In this document: in pieces, positions 10,001 to 23,170 of the stretch
Position numbering within the stretch: the stretch's first letter is position 1
Layout: each line of letters begins with the position of its first letter
Origin: Auanema rhodensis
Lineage: Eukaryota; Animalia; Nematoda
Direction of reading: 5' to 3'
Length of the DNA: 64,000 bases
NCBI GenBank assembly: GCA_964057225.1
Contig: OZ059894.1
Location: forward strand, 1,612,001 to 1,676,000
Made by a program: the position numbers and the translations under genes
Notes under the pieces: generated by a model
Seen by the model: the letters and a program-made list of their open reading frames with translations, nothing else
Database searches by the model: none
Told to the model about the DNA's origin: nothing

Positions 10001-13000
10001 CAAAGACGATGGACAATGTTATTCAACGAAAAAATTAATTCTTCAGGGTGAAAATCGAGGATATAAGTGTGAACTTATATCAGTTGATATCTCGGTGCAT
10101 TTTTAAGCTAGCGCAAATCTGATAACACAGATCGACGCAGCTTGAAAATCCGCATCGAATGCACTATACTACTTTGAGAAACGCTTAATACAAAAATTAG
10201 TTATGATCGTTTGAAAAATGATGCATTAGTGTATGTTGAGTTTCCATGTACACTCAACATTGCTTCCAAAAACATTTTGACAAAAATTTTTTCGAAAAAT
10301 TTCAGAATATTTTAGCAAAAAGTAGATGTTTTTAGATTCCTTTTTTCAAGGCAAAGACGATGGACAATGTTATTCAACGAAAAAATTAATTCTTCAGGGT
10401 GAAAATCGAGGATATAAGTGTGAACTTATATCAGTTGATATCTCGGTGCATTTTTAAGCTAGCGCAAATCTGATAACACAGATCGACGCAGCTTGAAAAT
10501 CCGCATCGAATGCACTATACTACTTTGAGAAACGCTTAATACAAAAATTAGTTATGATCGTTTGAAAAATGATGCATTAGTGTATGTTGAGTTTCCATGT
10601 ACACTCAACATTGCTTCCAAAAACATTTTGACAAAAATTTTTTCGAAAAATTTCAAATCAATTTAGCAGAAAGTATATGTTTTTAGATTCCTTTTTTCAA
10701 GGCAAAGACGATGGACAATGTTATTCAACGAAAAAATTAATTCTTCAGGGTGAAAATCGAGGATATAAGTGTGAACTTATATCAGTTGATATCTCGGTGC
10801 ATTTTTAAGCTAGCGCAAATCTGATAACACAGATCGACGCAGCTTAAAAATCCGCATCGAATGCACTATACTACATTGAGGAACGCTTAATACAAAAATT
10901 AGTTATGATCGTTTGAAAAATGATGCATTAGTGTATGTTGAGTTTCCATGTACACTCAACATTGCTTCCAAAAACATTTTGACAAAAATTTTTTCGAAAA
11001 ATTTCAAAATAATTTAGCAAAAAGTAGATGTTTTTAGATTTCTTTTTTCAAGGCAAAGACGATGGACAATGTTATTCAACGGAAAAATTAATTCTTCAGG
11101 GTGAAAATCGGGGATATAAGTGTGAACTTATATCAGTTGATATCTCGGTGCATTTTTAAGCTAGCGCAAATCTGATAACACAGATCGACGCAGCTTGAAA
11201 ATCCGCATCGAATGCACTATACTACATTGAGGAACGCTTAATACAAAAATTAGTTATGATCGTTTGAAAAATGATGCATTAGTGTATGTTGAGTTTCCAT
11301 GTACACTCAACATAGCTTCCAAAAACATTTTGACAAAAATTTTTTCGAAAAATTTCAGAATAATTTAGCAAAAAGTAGATGTTTTTAGATTTCTTTTTTT
11401 AAGGCAAAGACGATGGACAATGTTATTCAACGAAAAAATTAATTCTTCAGGGTGAAAATCGAGGATATAAGTGTGAACTTATATCAGTTGATATCTCGGT
11501 GCATTTTTAAGCTAGCGCAAATCTGATAACACAGATCGACGCAGCTTGAAAATCCGCATCGAATGCACTATACTACATTGAGGAACGCTTAATACAAAAA
11601 TTAGTTATGATCGTTTGAAAAATGATGCATTAGTGTATGTTGAGTTTCCATGTACACTCAACATTGCTTCCAAAAACATTTTGACAAAAATTTTTTCGAA
11701 AAATTTCAGAATAATTTAGCAAAAAGTAGATGTTTTTAGATTCCTTTTTTCAAGGCAAAGACGATGGACAATGTTATTCAACGAAAAAATTAATTCTTCA
11801 GGGTGAAAATCGAGGATATAAGTGTGAACTTATATCAGTTGATATCTCGGTGCATTTTTAAGCTAGCGCAAATCTGATAACACAGATCGACGCAGCTTAA
11901 AAATCCGCATCGAATGCACTATACTACATTGAGGAACGCTTAATACAAAAATTAGTTATGATCGTTTGAAAAATGATGCATTAGTGTATGTTGAGTTTCC
12001 ATGTACACTCAACATAGCTTCCAAAAACATTTTGACAAAAATTTTTTCGAAAAATTTCAGAATAATTTAGCAAAAAGTAGATGTTTTTAGATTTCTTTTT
12101 TTAAGGCAAAGACGATGGACAATGTTATTCAACGAAAAAATTAATTCTTCAGGGTGAAAATCGAGGATATAAGTGTGAACTTATATCAGTTGATATCTCG
12201 GTGCATTTTTAAGCTAGCGCAAATCTGATAACACAGATCGACGCAGCTTGAAAATCCGCATCGAATGCACTATACTACTTTGAGAAACGCTTAATACAAA
12301 AATTAGTTATGATCGTTTGAAAAATGATGCATTAGTGTATGTTGAGTTTCCATGTACACTCAACATTGCTTCCAAAAACATTTTGACAAAAATTTTTTCG
12401 AAAAATTTCAGAATATTTTAGCAAAAAGTAGATGTTTTTAGATTCCTTTTTTCAAGGCAAAGACGATGGACAATGTTATTCAACGAAAAAATTAATTCTT
12501 CAGGGTGAAAATCGAGGATATAAGTGTGAACTTATATCAGTTGATATCTCGGTGCATTTTTAAGCTAGCGCAAATCTGATAACACAGATCGACGCAGCTT
12601 AAAAATCCGCATCGAATGCACTATACTACATTGAGGAACGCTTAATACAAAAATTAGTTATGATCGTTTGAAAAATGATGCATTAGTGTATGTTGAGTTT
12701 CCATGTACACTCAACATAGCTTCCAAAAACATTTTGACAAAAATTTTTTCGAAAAATTTCAGAATAATTTAGCAAAAAGTAGATGTTTTTAGATTTCTTT
12801 TTTTAAGGCAAAGACGATGGACAATGTTATTCAACGAAAAAATTAATTCTTCAGGGTGAAAATCGAGGATATAAGTGTGAACTTATATCAGTTGATATCT
12901 CGGTGCATTTTTAAGCTAGCGCAAATCTGATAACACAGATCGACGCAGCTTGAAAATCCGCATCGAATGCACTATACTACTTTGAGAAACGCTTAATACA

Positions 13001-15447
13001 AAAATTAGTTATGATCGTTTGAAAAATGATGCATTAGTGTATGTTGAGTTTCCATGTACACTCAACATTGCTTCCAAAAACATTTTGACAAAAATTTTTT
13101 CGAAAAATTTCAGAATATTTTAGCAAAAAGTAGATGTTTTTAGATTCCTTTTTTCAAGGCAAAGACGATGGACAATGTTATTCAACGAAAAAATTAATTC
13201 TTCAGGGTGAAAATCGAGGATATAAGTGTGAACTTATATCAGTTGATATCTCGGTGCATTTTTAAGCTAGCGCAAATCTGATAACACAGATCGACGCAGC
13301 TTGAAAATCCGCATCGAATGCACTATACTACATTGAGGAACGCTTAATACAAAAATTAGTTATGATCGTTTGAAAAATGATGCATTAGTGTATGTTGAGT
13401 TTCCATGTACACTCAACATAGCTTCCAAAAACATTTTGACAAAAATTTTTTCGAAAAATTTCAGAATAATTTAGCAAAAAGTAGATGTTTTTAGATTTCT
13501 TTTTTTAAGGCAAAGACGATGGACAATGTTATTCAACGAAAAAATTAATTCTTCAGGGTGAAAATCGAGGATATAAGTGTGAACTTATATCAGTTGATAT
13601 CTCGGTGCATTTTTAAGCTAGCGCAAATCTGATAACACAGATCGACGCAGCTTGAAAATCCGCATCGAATGCACTATACTACATTGAGGAACGCTTAATA
13701 CAAAAATTAGTTATGATCGTTTGAAAAATGATGCATTAGTGTATGTTGAGTTTCCATGTACACTCAACATTGCTTCCAAAAACATTTTGACAAAAATTTT
13801 TTCGAAAAATTTCAGAATAATTTAGCAAAAAGTAGATGTTTTTAGATTTCTTTTTTCAAGGCAAAGACGATGGACAATGTTATTCAACGAAAAAATTAAT
13901 TCTTCAGGGTGAAAATCGAGGATATAAGTGTGAACTTATATCAGTTGATATCTCGGTGCATTTTTAAGCTAGCGCAAATCTGATAACACAGATCGACGCA
14001 GCTTAAAAATCCGCATCGAATGCACTATACTACATTGAGGAACGCTTAATACAAAAATTAGTTATGATCGTTTGAAAAATGATGCATTAGTGTATGTTGA
14101 GTTTCCATGTACACTCAACATAGCTTCCAAAAACATTTTGACAAAAATTTTTTCGAAAAATTTCAGAATAATTTAGCAAAAAGTAGATGTTTTTAGATTT
14201 CTTTTTTTAAGGCAAAGACGATGGACAATGTTATTCAACGAAAAAATTAATTCTTCAGGGTGAAAATCGAGGATATAAGTGTGAACTTATATCAGTTGAT
14301 ATCTCGGTGCATTTTTAAGCTAGCGCAAATCTGATAACACAGATCGACGCAGCTTGAAAATCCGCATCGAATGCACTATACTACTTTGAGAAACGCTTAA
14401 TACAAAAATTAGTTATGATCGTTTGAAAAATGATGCATTAGTGTATGTTGAGTTTCCATGTACACTCAACATTGCTTCCAAAAACATTTTGACAAAAATT
14501 TTTTCGAAAAATTTCAGAATATTTTAGCAAAAAGTAGATGTTTTTAGATTCCTTTTTTCAAGGCAAAGACGATGGACAATGTTATTCAACGAAAAAATTA
14601 ATTCTTCAGGGTGAAAATCGAGGATATAAGTGTGAACTTATATCAGTTGATATCTCGGTGCATTTTTAAGCTAGCGCAAATCTGATAACACAGATCGACG
14701 CAGCTTGAAAATCCGCATCGAATGCACTATACTACATTGAGGAACGCTTAATACAAAAATTAGTTATGATCGTTTGAAAAATGATGCATTAGTGTATGTT
14801 GAGTTTCCATGTACACTCAACATAGCTTCCAAAAACATTTTGACAAAAATTTTTTCGAAAAATTTCAGAATAATTTAGCAAAAAGTAGATGTTTTTAGAT
14901 TTCTTTTTTTGAGGCAAAGACGATGGACAATGTTATTCAACGAAAAAATTAATTCTTCAGGGTGAAAATCGAGGATATAAGTGTGAACTTATATCAGTTG
15001 ATATCTCGGTGCATTTTTAAGCTAGCGCAAATCTGATAACACAGATCGACGCAGCTTAAAAATCCGCATCGAATGCACTATACTACATTGAGGAACGCTT
15101 AATACAAAAATTAGTTATGATCGTTTGAAAAATGATGCATTAGTGTATGTTGAGTTTCCATGTACACTCAACATTGCTTCCAAAAACATTTTGACAAAAA
15201 TTTTTTCGAAAAATTTCAGAATAATTTAGCAAAAAGTAGATGTTTTTAGATTCCTTTTTTCAAGGCAAAGACGATGGACAATGTTATTCAACGAAAAAAT
15301 TAATTCTTCAGGGTGAAAATCGAGGATATAAGTGTGAACTTATATCAGTTGATATCTCGGTGCATTTTTAAGCTAGCGCAAATCTGATAACACAGATCGA
15401 CGCAGCTTGAAAATCCGCATCGAATGCACTATACTACTTTGAGAAAC
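1054..15447 (+). repeat. Variant domain A1: mostly G123/A136 monomers with 702-bp dimer-like alternation
   Basis: Monomers carrying A79+T157+T165 alternate with monomers carrying T79+C157+C165, clearest at 3511-6320 and 11236-15447. Confidence 0.8.
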
Positions 15448-18400
15448 GCTTAATACAAAAATTAGTTATGATCGTTTGAAAAATGATGCATTAGTGTATG
15501 TTGAGTTTCCATGTACACTCAACATTGCTTCCAAAAACATTTTGACAAAAATTTTTTCGAAAAATTTCAAATTAATTTAGCAGAAAGTATATGTTTTTAG
15601 ATTCCTTTTTTCAAGGCAAAGACGATGGACAATGTTATTCAACGAAAAAATTAATTCTTCAGGGTGAAAATCGAGGATATAAGTGTGAACTTATATCAGT
15701 TGATATCTCGGTGCATTTTTAAGCTAGCGCAAATCTGATAACACAGATCGACGCAGCTTAAAAATCCGCATCGAATGCACTATACTACATTGAGGAACGC
15801 TTAATACAAAAAATTAGTTATGATCGTTTGAAAAATGATGCATTAGTGTATGTTGAGTTTCCATGTACACTCAACATTGCTTCCAAAAACATTTTGACAA
15901 AAATTTTTTCGAAAAATTTCAGAATAATTTAGCAAAAAGTAGATGTTTTTAGATTCCTTTTTTCAAGGCAAAGACGATGGACAATGTTATTCAACGAAAA
16001 AATTAATTCTTCAGGGTGAAAATCGAGGATATAAGTGTGAACTTATATCAGTTGATATCTCGGTGCATTTTTAAGCTAGCGCAAATCTGATAACACAGAT
16101 CGACGCAGCTTGAAAATCCGCATCGAATGCACTATACTACTTTGAGAAACGCTTAATACAAAAATTAGTTATGATCGTTTGAAAAATGATGCATTAGTGT
16201 ATGTTGAGTTTCCATGTACACTCAACATTGCTTCCAAAAACATTTTGACAAAAATTTTTTCGAAAAATTTCAAATCAATTTAGCAGAAAGTATATGTTTT
16301 TAGATTCCTTTTTTCAAGGCAAAGACGATGGACAATGTTATTCAACGAAAAAATTAATTCTTCAGGGTGAAAATCGAGGATATAAGTGTGAACTTATATC
16401 AGTTGATATCTCGGTGCATTTTTAAGCTAGCGCAAATCTGATAACACAGATCGACGCAGCTTAAAAATCCGCATCGAATGCACTATACTACATTGAGGAA
16501 CGCTTAATACAAAAATTAGTTATGATCGTTTGAAAAATGATGCATTAGTGTATGTTGAGTTTCCATGTACACTCAACATTGCTTCCAAAAACATTTTGAC
16601 AAAAATTTTTTCGAAAAATTTCAAAATAATTTAGCAAAAAGTAGATGTTTTTAGATTTCTTTTTTCAAGGCAAAGACGATGGACAATGTTATTCAACGGA
16701 AAAATTAATTCTTCAGGGTGAAAATCGGGGATATAAGTGTGAACTTATATCAGTTGATATCTCGGTGCATTTTTAAGCTAGCGCAAATCTGATAACACAG
16801 ATCGACGCAGCTTGAAAATCCGCATCGAATGCACTATACTACTTTGAGAAACGCTTAATACAAAAATTAGTTATGATCGTTTGAAAAATGATGCATTAGT
16901 GTATGTTGAGTTTCCATGTACACTCTACATTGCTTCCAAAAACATTTTGACAAAAATTTTTTTGAAAAATTTCAAAATAATTTAGCAAAAAGTAGATGTT
17001 TTTAGATTCCTTTTTTCAAGGCAAAGACGATGGACAATGTTATTCAACGAAAAAATTAATTCTTCAGGGTGAAAATCGAGGATATAAGTGTGAACTTATA
17101 TCAGTTGATATCTCGGTGCATTTTTAAGCTAGCGCAAATCTGATAACACAGATCGACGCAGCTTGAAAATCCGCATCGAATGCACTATACTACTTTGAGA
17201 AACGCTTAATACAAAAATTAGTTATGATCGTTTGAAAAATGATGCATTAGTGTATGTTGAGTTTCCATGTACACTCAACATTGCTTCCAAAAACATTTTG
17301 ACAAAAATTTTTTCGAAAAATTTCAAATTAATTTAGCAGAAAGTATATGTTTTTAGATTCCTTTTTTTAAGGCAAAGACGATGGACAATGTTATTCAACG
17401 AAAAAATTAATTCTTCAGGGTGAAAATCGAGGATATAAGTGTGAACTTATATCAGTTGATATCTCGGTGCATTTTTAAGCTAGCGCAAATCTGATAACAC
17501 AGATCGACGCAGCTTGAAAATCCGCATCGAATGCACTATACTTCATTGAGGAACGCTTAATACAAAAATTAGTTATGATCGTTTGAAAAATGATGCATTA
17601 GTGTATGTTGAGTTTCCATGTACACTCAACATAGCTTCCAAAAACATTTTGACAAAAATTTTTTCGAAAAATTTCAAAATAATTTAGCAGAAAGTAGATG
17701 TTTTTAGATTCCTTTTTTTAAGGCAAAGACGATGGACAATGTTATTCAACGAAAAAATTAATTCTTCAGGGTGAAAATCGAGGATATAAGTGTGAACTTA
17801 TATCAGTTGATATCTCGGTGCATTTTTAAGCTAGCGCAAATCTGATAACACAGATCGACGCAGCTTAAAAATCCGCATCGAATGCACTATACTACATTGA
17901 GGAACGCTTAATACAAAAATTAGTTATGATCGTTTGAAAAATGATGCATTAGTGTATGTTGAGTTTCCATGTACACTCAACATTGCTTCCAAAAACATTT
18001 TGACAAAAATTTTTTCGAAAAATTTCAAAATAATTTAGCAAAAAGTAGATGTTTTTAGATTTCTTTTTTCAAGGCAAAGACGATGGACAATGTTATTCAA
18101 CGGAAAAATTAATTCTTCAGGGTGAAAATCGGGGATATAAGTGTGAACTTATATCAGTTGATATCTCGGTGCATTTTTAAGCTAGCGCAAATCTGATAAC
18201 ACAGATCGACGCAGCTTGAAAATCCGCATCGAATGCACTATACTACTTTGAGAAACGCTTAATACAAAAATTAGTTATGATCGTTTGAAAAATGATGCAT
18301 TAGTGTATGTTGAGTTTCCATGTACACTCTACATTGCTTCCAAAAACATTTTGACAAAAATTTTTTTGAAAAATTTCAAAATAATTTAGCAAAAAGTAGA

Positions 18401-21400
18401 TGTTTTTAGATTCCTTTTTTCAAGGCAAAGACGATGGACAATGTTATTCAACGAAAAAATTAATTCTTCAGGGTGAAAATCGAGGATATAAGTGTGAACT
18501 TATATCAGTTGATATCTCGGTGCATTTTTAAGCTAGCGCAAATCTGATAACACAGATCGACGCAGCTTGAAAATCCGCATCGAATGCACTATACTACTTT
18601 GAGAAACGCTTAATACAAAAATTAGTTATGATCGTTTGAAAAATGATGCATTAGTGTATGTTGAGTTTCCATGTACACTCAACATTGCTTCCAAAAACAT
18701 TTTGACAAAAATTTTTTCGAAAAATTTCAAATTAATTTAGCAGAAAGTATATGTTTTTAGATTCCTTTTTTTAAGGCAAAGACGATGGACAATGTTATTC
18801 AACGAAAAAATTAATTCTTCAGGGTGAAAATCGAGGATATAAGTGTGAACTTATATCAGTTGATATCTCGGTGCATTTTTAAGCTAGCGCAAATCTGATA
18901 ACACAGATCGACGCAGCTTGAAAATCCGCATCGAATGCACTATACTTCATTGAGGAACGCTTAATACAAAAATTAGTTATGATCGTTTGAAAAATGATGC
19001 ATTAGTGTATGTTGAGTTTCCATGTACACTCAACATAGCTTCCAAAAACATTTTGACAAAAATTTTTTCGAAAAATTTCAAAATAATTTAGCAGAAAGTA
19101 GATGTTTTTAGATTCCTTTTTTTAAGGCAAAGACGATGGACAATGTTATTCAACGAAAAAATTAATTCTTCAGGGTGAAAATCGAGGATATAAGTGTGAA
19201 CTTATATCAGTTGATATCTCGGTGCATTTTTAAGCTAGCGCAAATCTGATAACACAGATCGACGCAGCTTGAAAATCCGCATCGAATGCACTATACTACT
19301 TTGAGAAACGCTTAATACAAAAATCAGTTATGATCGTTTGAAAAATGATGCATTAGTGTATGTTGAGTTTCCATGTACACTCAACATTGCTTCCAAAAAC
19401 ATTTTGACAAAAATTTTTTCGAAAAATTTCAGAATAATTTAGCAAAAAGTAGATGTTTTTAGATTCCTTTTTTCAAGGCGAAGACGATGGACAATGTTAT
19501 TCAACGAAAAAATTAATTCTTCAGGGTGAAAATCGAGGATATAAGTGTGAACTTATATCAGTTGATATCTCGGTGCATTTTTAAGCTAGCGCAAATCTGA
19601 TAACACAGATCGACGCAGCTTGAAAATCCGCATCGAATGCACTATACTACTTTGAGAAACGCTTAATACAAAAATTAGTTATGATCGTTTGAAAAATGAT
19701 GCATTAGTGTATGTTGAGTTTCCATGTACACTCAACATAGCTTCCAAAAACATTTTGACAAAATTTTTTTCGAAAAATTTCAAAATAATTTAGCAGAAAG
19801 TAGATGTTTTTAGATTCCTTTTTTTAAGGCAAAGACGACGGACAATGTTATTCAACGAAAAAATTAATTCTTCAGGGTGAAAATCGAGGATATAAGTGTG
19901 AACTTATATCAGTTGATATCTCGGTGCATTTTTAAGCTAGCGCAAATCTGATAACACAGATCGACGCAGCTTGAAAATCCGCATCGAATGCACTATACTA
20001 CTTTGAGAAACGCTTAATACAAAAATTAGTTATGATCGTTTGAAAAATTATGCATTAGTGTATGTTGAGTTTCCATGTACACTCAACATAGCTTCCAAAA
20101 ACATTTTGACAAAAATTTTTTCGAAAAATTTCAAAATAATTTAGCAGAAAGTAGATGTTTTTAGATTCCTTTTTTTAAGGCAAAGACGATAGACAATGTT
20201 ATTCAACGAAAAAATTAATTCTTCAGGGTGAAAATCGAGGATATAAGTGTGAACTTATATCACTTGATATCTCGGTGCATTTTTAAGCTAGCGCAAATCT
20301 GATAACACAGATCGACGCAGCTTGAAAATCCGCATCGAATGCATTATACTACTTTGAGAAACGCTTAATACAAAAATTAGTTATGATCGTTTGAAAAATG
20401 ATGCATTAGTGTATGTTGAGTTTCCATGTACACTCAACATAGCTTCCAAAAACATTTTGACAAAAATTTTTTCGAAAAATTTCAAAATAATTTAGCAGAA
20501 AGTAGATGTTTTTAGATTCCTTTTTTTAAGGCAAAGACGATAGACAATGTTATTCAACGAAAAAATTAATTCTTCAGGGTGAAAATCGAGGATATAAGTG
20601 TGAACTTATATCAGTTGATATCTCGGTGCATTTTTAAGCTAGCGCAAATCTGATAACACAGATCGACGCAGCTTGAAAATCCGCATCGAATGCATTATAC
20701 TACTTTGAGAAACGCTTAATACAAAAATTAGTTATGATCGTTTGAAAAATGATGCATTAGTGTATGTTGAGTTTCCATGTACACTCAACATAGCTTCCAA
20801 AAACATTTTGACAAAAATTTTTTCGAAAAATTTCAGAATAATTTAGCAAAAAGTAGATGTTTTTAGATTCCTTTTTTCAAGGCGAAGACGATGGACAATG
20901 TTATTCAACGAAAAAATTAATTCTTCAGGGTGAAAATCGAGGATATAAGTGTGAACTTATATCAGTTGATATCTCGGTGCATTTTTAAGCTAGCGCAAAT
21001 CTGATAACACAGATCGACGCAGCTTGAAAATCCGCATCGAATGCACTATACTACTTTGAGAAACGCTTAATACAAAAATTAGTTATGATCGTTTGAAAAA
21101 TGATGCATTAGTGTATGTTGAGTTTCCATGTACACTCAACATAGCTTCCAAAAACATTTTGACAAAATTTTTTTCGAAAAATTTCAAAATAATTTAGCAG
21201 AAAGTAGATGTTTTTAGATTCCTTTTTTTAAGGCAAAGACGACGGACAATGTTATTCAACGAAAAAATTAATTCTTCAGGGTGAAAATCGAGGATATAAG
21301 TGTGAACTTATATCAGTTGATATCTCGGTGCATTTTTAAGCTAGCGCAAATCTGATAACACAGATCGACGCAGCTTGAAAATCCGCATCGAATGCACTAT

Positions 21401-23170
21401 ACTACTTTGAGAAACGCTTAATACAAAAATTAGTTATGATCGTTTGAAAAATGATGCATTAGTGTATGTTGAGTTTCCATGTACACTCAACATAGCTTCC
21501 AAAAACATTTTGACAAAAATTTTTTCGAAAAATTTCAAAATAATTTAGCAGAAAGTAGATGTTTTTAGATTCCTTTTTTTAAGGCAAAGACGATAGACAA
21601 TGTTATTCAACGAAAAAATTAATTCTTCAGGGTGAAAATCGAGGATATAAGTGTGAACTTATATCACTTGATATCTCGGTGCATTTTTAAGCTAGCGCAA
21701 ATCTGATAACACAGATCGACGCAGCTTGAAAATCCGCATCGAATGCATTATACTACTTTGAGAAACGCTTAATACAAAAATTAGTTATGATCGTTTGAAA
21801 AATGATGCATTAGTGTATGTTGAGTTTCCATGTACACTCAACATAGCTTCCAAAAACATTTTGACAAAAATTTTTTCGAAAAATTTCAAAATAATTTAGC
21901 AGAAAGTAGATGTTTTTAGATTCCTTTTTTTAAGGCAAAGACGATAGACAATGTTAACCAACGAAAAAATTAATTCTTCAGGGTGAAAATCGAGGATATA
22001 AGTGTGAACTTATATCAGTTGATATCTCGGTGCATTTTTAAGCTAGCGCAAATCTGATAACACAGATCGACGCAGCTTGAAAATCCGCATCGAATGCATT
22101 ATACTACTTTGAGAAACGCTTAATACAAAAATTAGTTATGATCGTTTGAAAAATGATGCATTAGTGTATGTTGAGTTTCCATGTACACTCAACATAGCTT
22201 CCAAAAACATTTTGACAAAAATTTTTTCGAAAAATTTCAAAATAATTTAGCAGAAAGTAGATGTTTTTAGATTCCTTTTTTTAAGGCAAAGACGATAGAC
22301 AATGTTATTCAACGAAAAAATTAATTCTTCAGGGTGAAAATCGAGGATATAAGTGTGAACTTATATCAGTTGATATCTCGGTGCATTTTTAAGCTAGCGC
22401 AAATCTGATAACACAGATCGACGCAGCTTGAAAATCCGCATCGAATGCATTATACTACTTTGAGAAACGCTTAATACAAAAATTAGTTATGATCGTTTGA
22501 AAAATGATGCATTAGTGTATGTTGAGTTTCCATGTACACTCAACATAGCTTCCAAACACATTTTGACAAAAATTTTTTCGAAAAATTTCAGAATAATTTA
22601 GCAAAAAGTAGATGTTTTTAGATTTCTTTTCTCAAGGCAAAGACGATGGACAATGTTATTCAACGAAAAAATTAATTCTTCAGGGTGAAAATCGAGGATA
22701 TAAGTGTGAACTTATATCAGTTGATATCTCGGTGCATTTTCAAGCTAGCGCAAATCTGATAACACAGATCGACGCAGCTTGAAAATCCGCATCGAATGCA
22801 CTATACTACTTTGAGAAACGCTTAATACAAAAATTAGTTATGATCGTTTGAAAAATGATGCATTAGTGTATGTTGAGTTTCCATGTACACTCAACATTGC
22901 TTCCAAAAACATTTTGGCAAAAATTTTTTCGAAAAATTTCAAAATAATTTAGCAGAAAGTAGATGTTTTTAGATTCCTTTTTTCAAGGCAAAGACGATGG
23001 ACAATGTTATTCAACGAAAAAATTAATTCTTCAGGGTGAAAATCGAGGATATAAGTGTTAACTTATATCAGTTGATATCTCGGTGCATTTTTAAGCTAGC
23101 GCAAATCTGATAACACAGATCGACGCAGCTTGAAAATCCGCATCGAATGCACTATACTACATTGAGGAAC

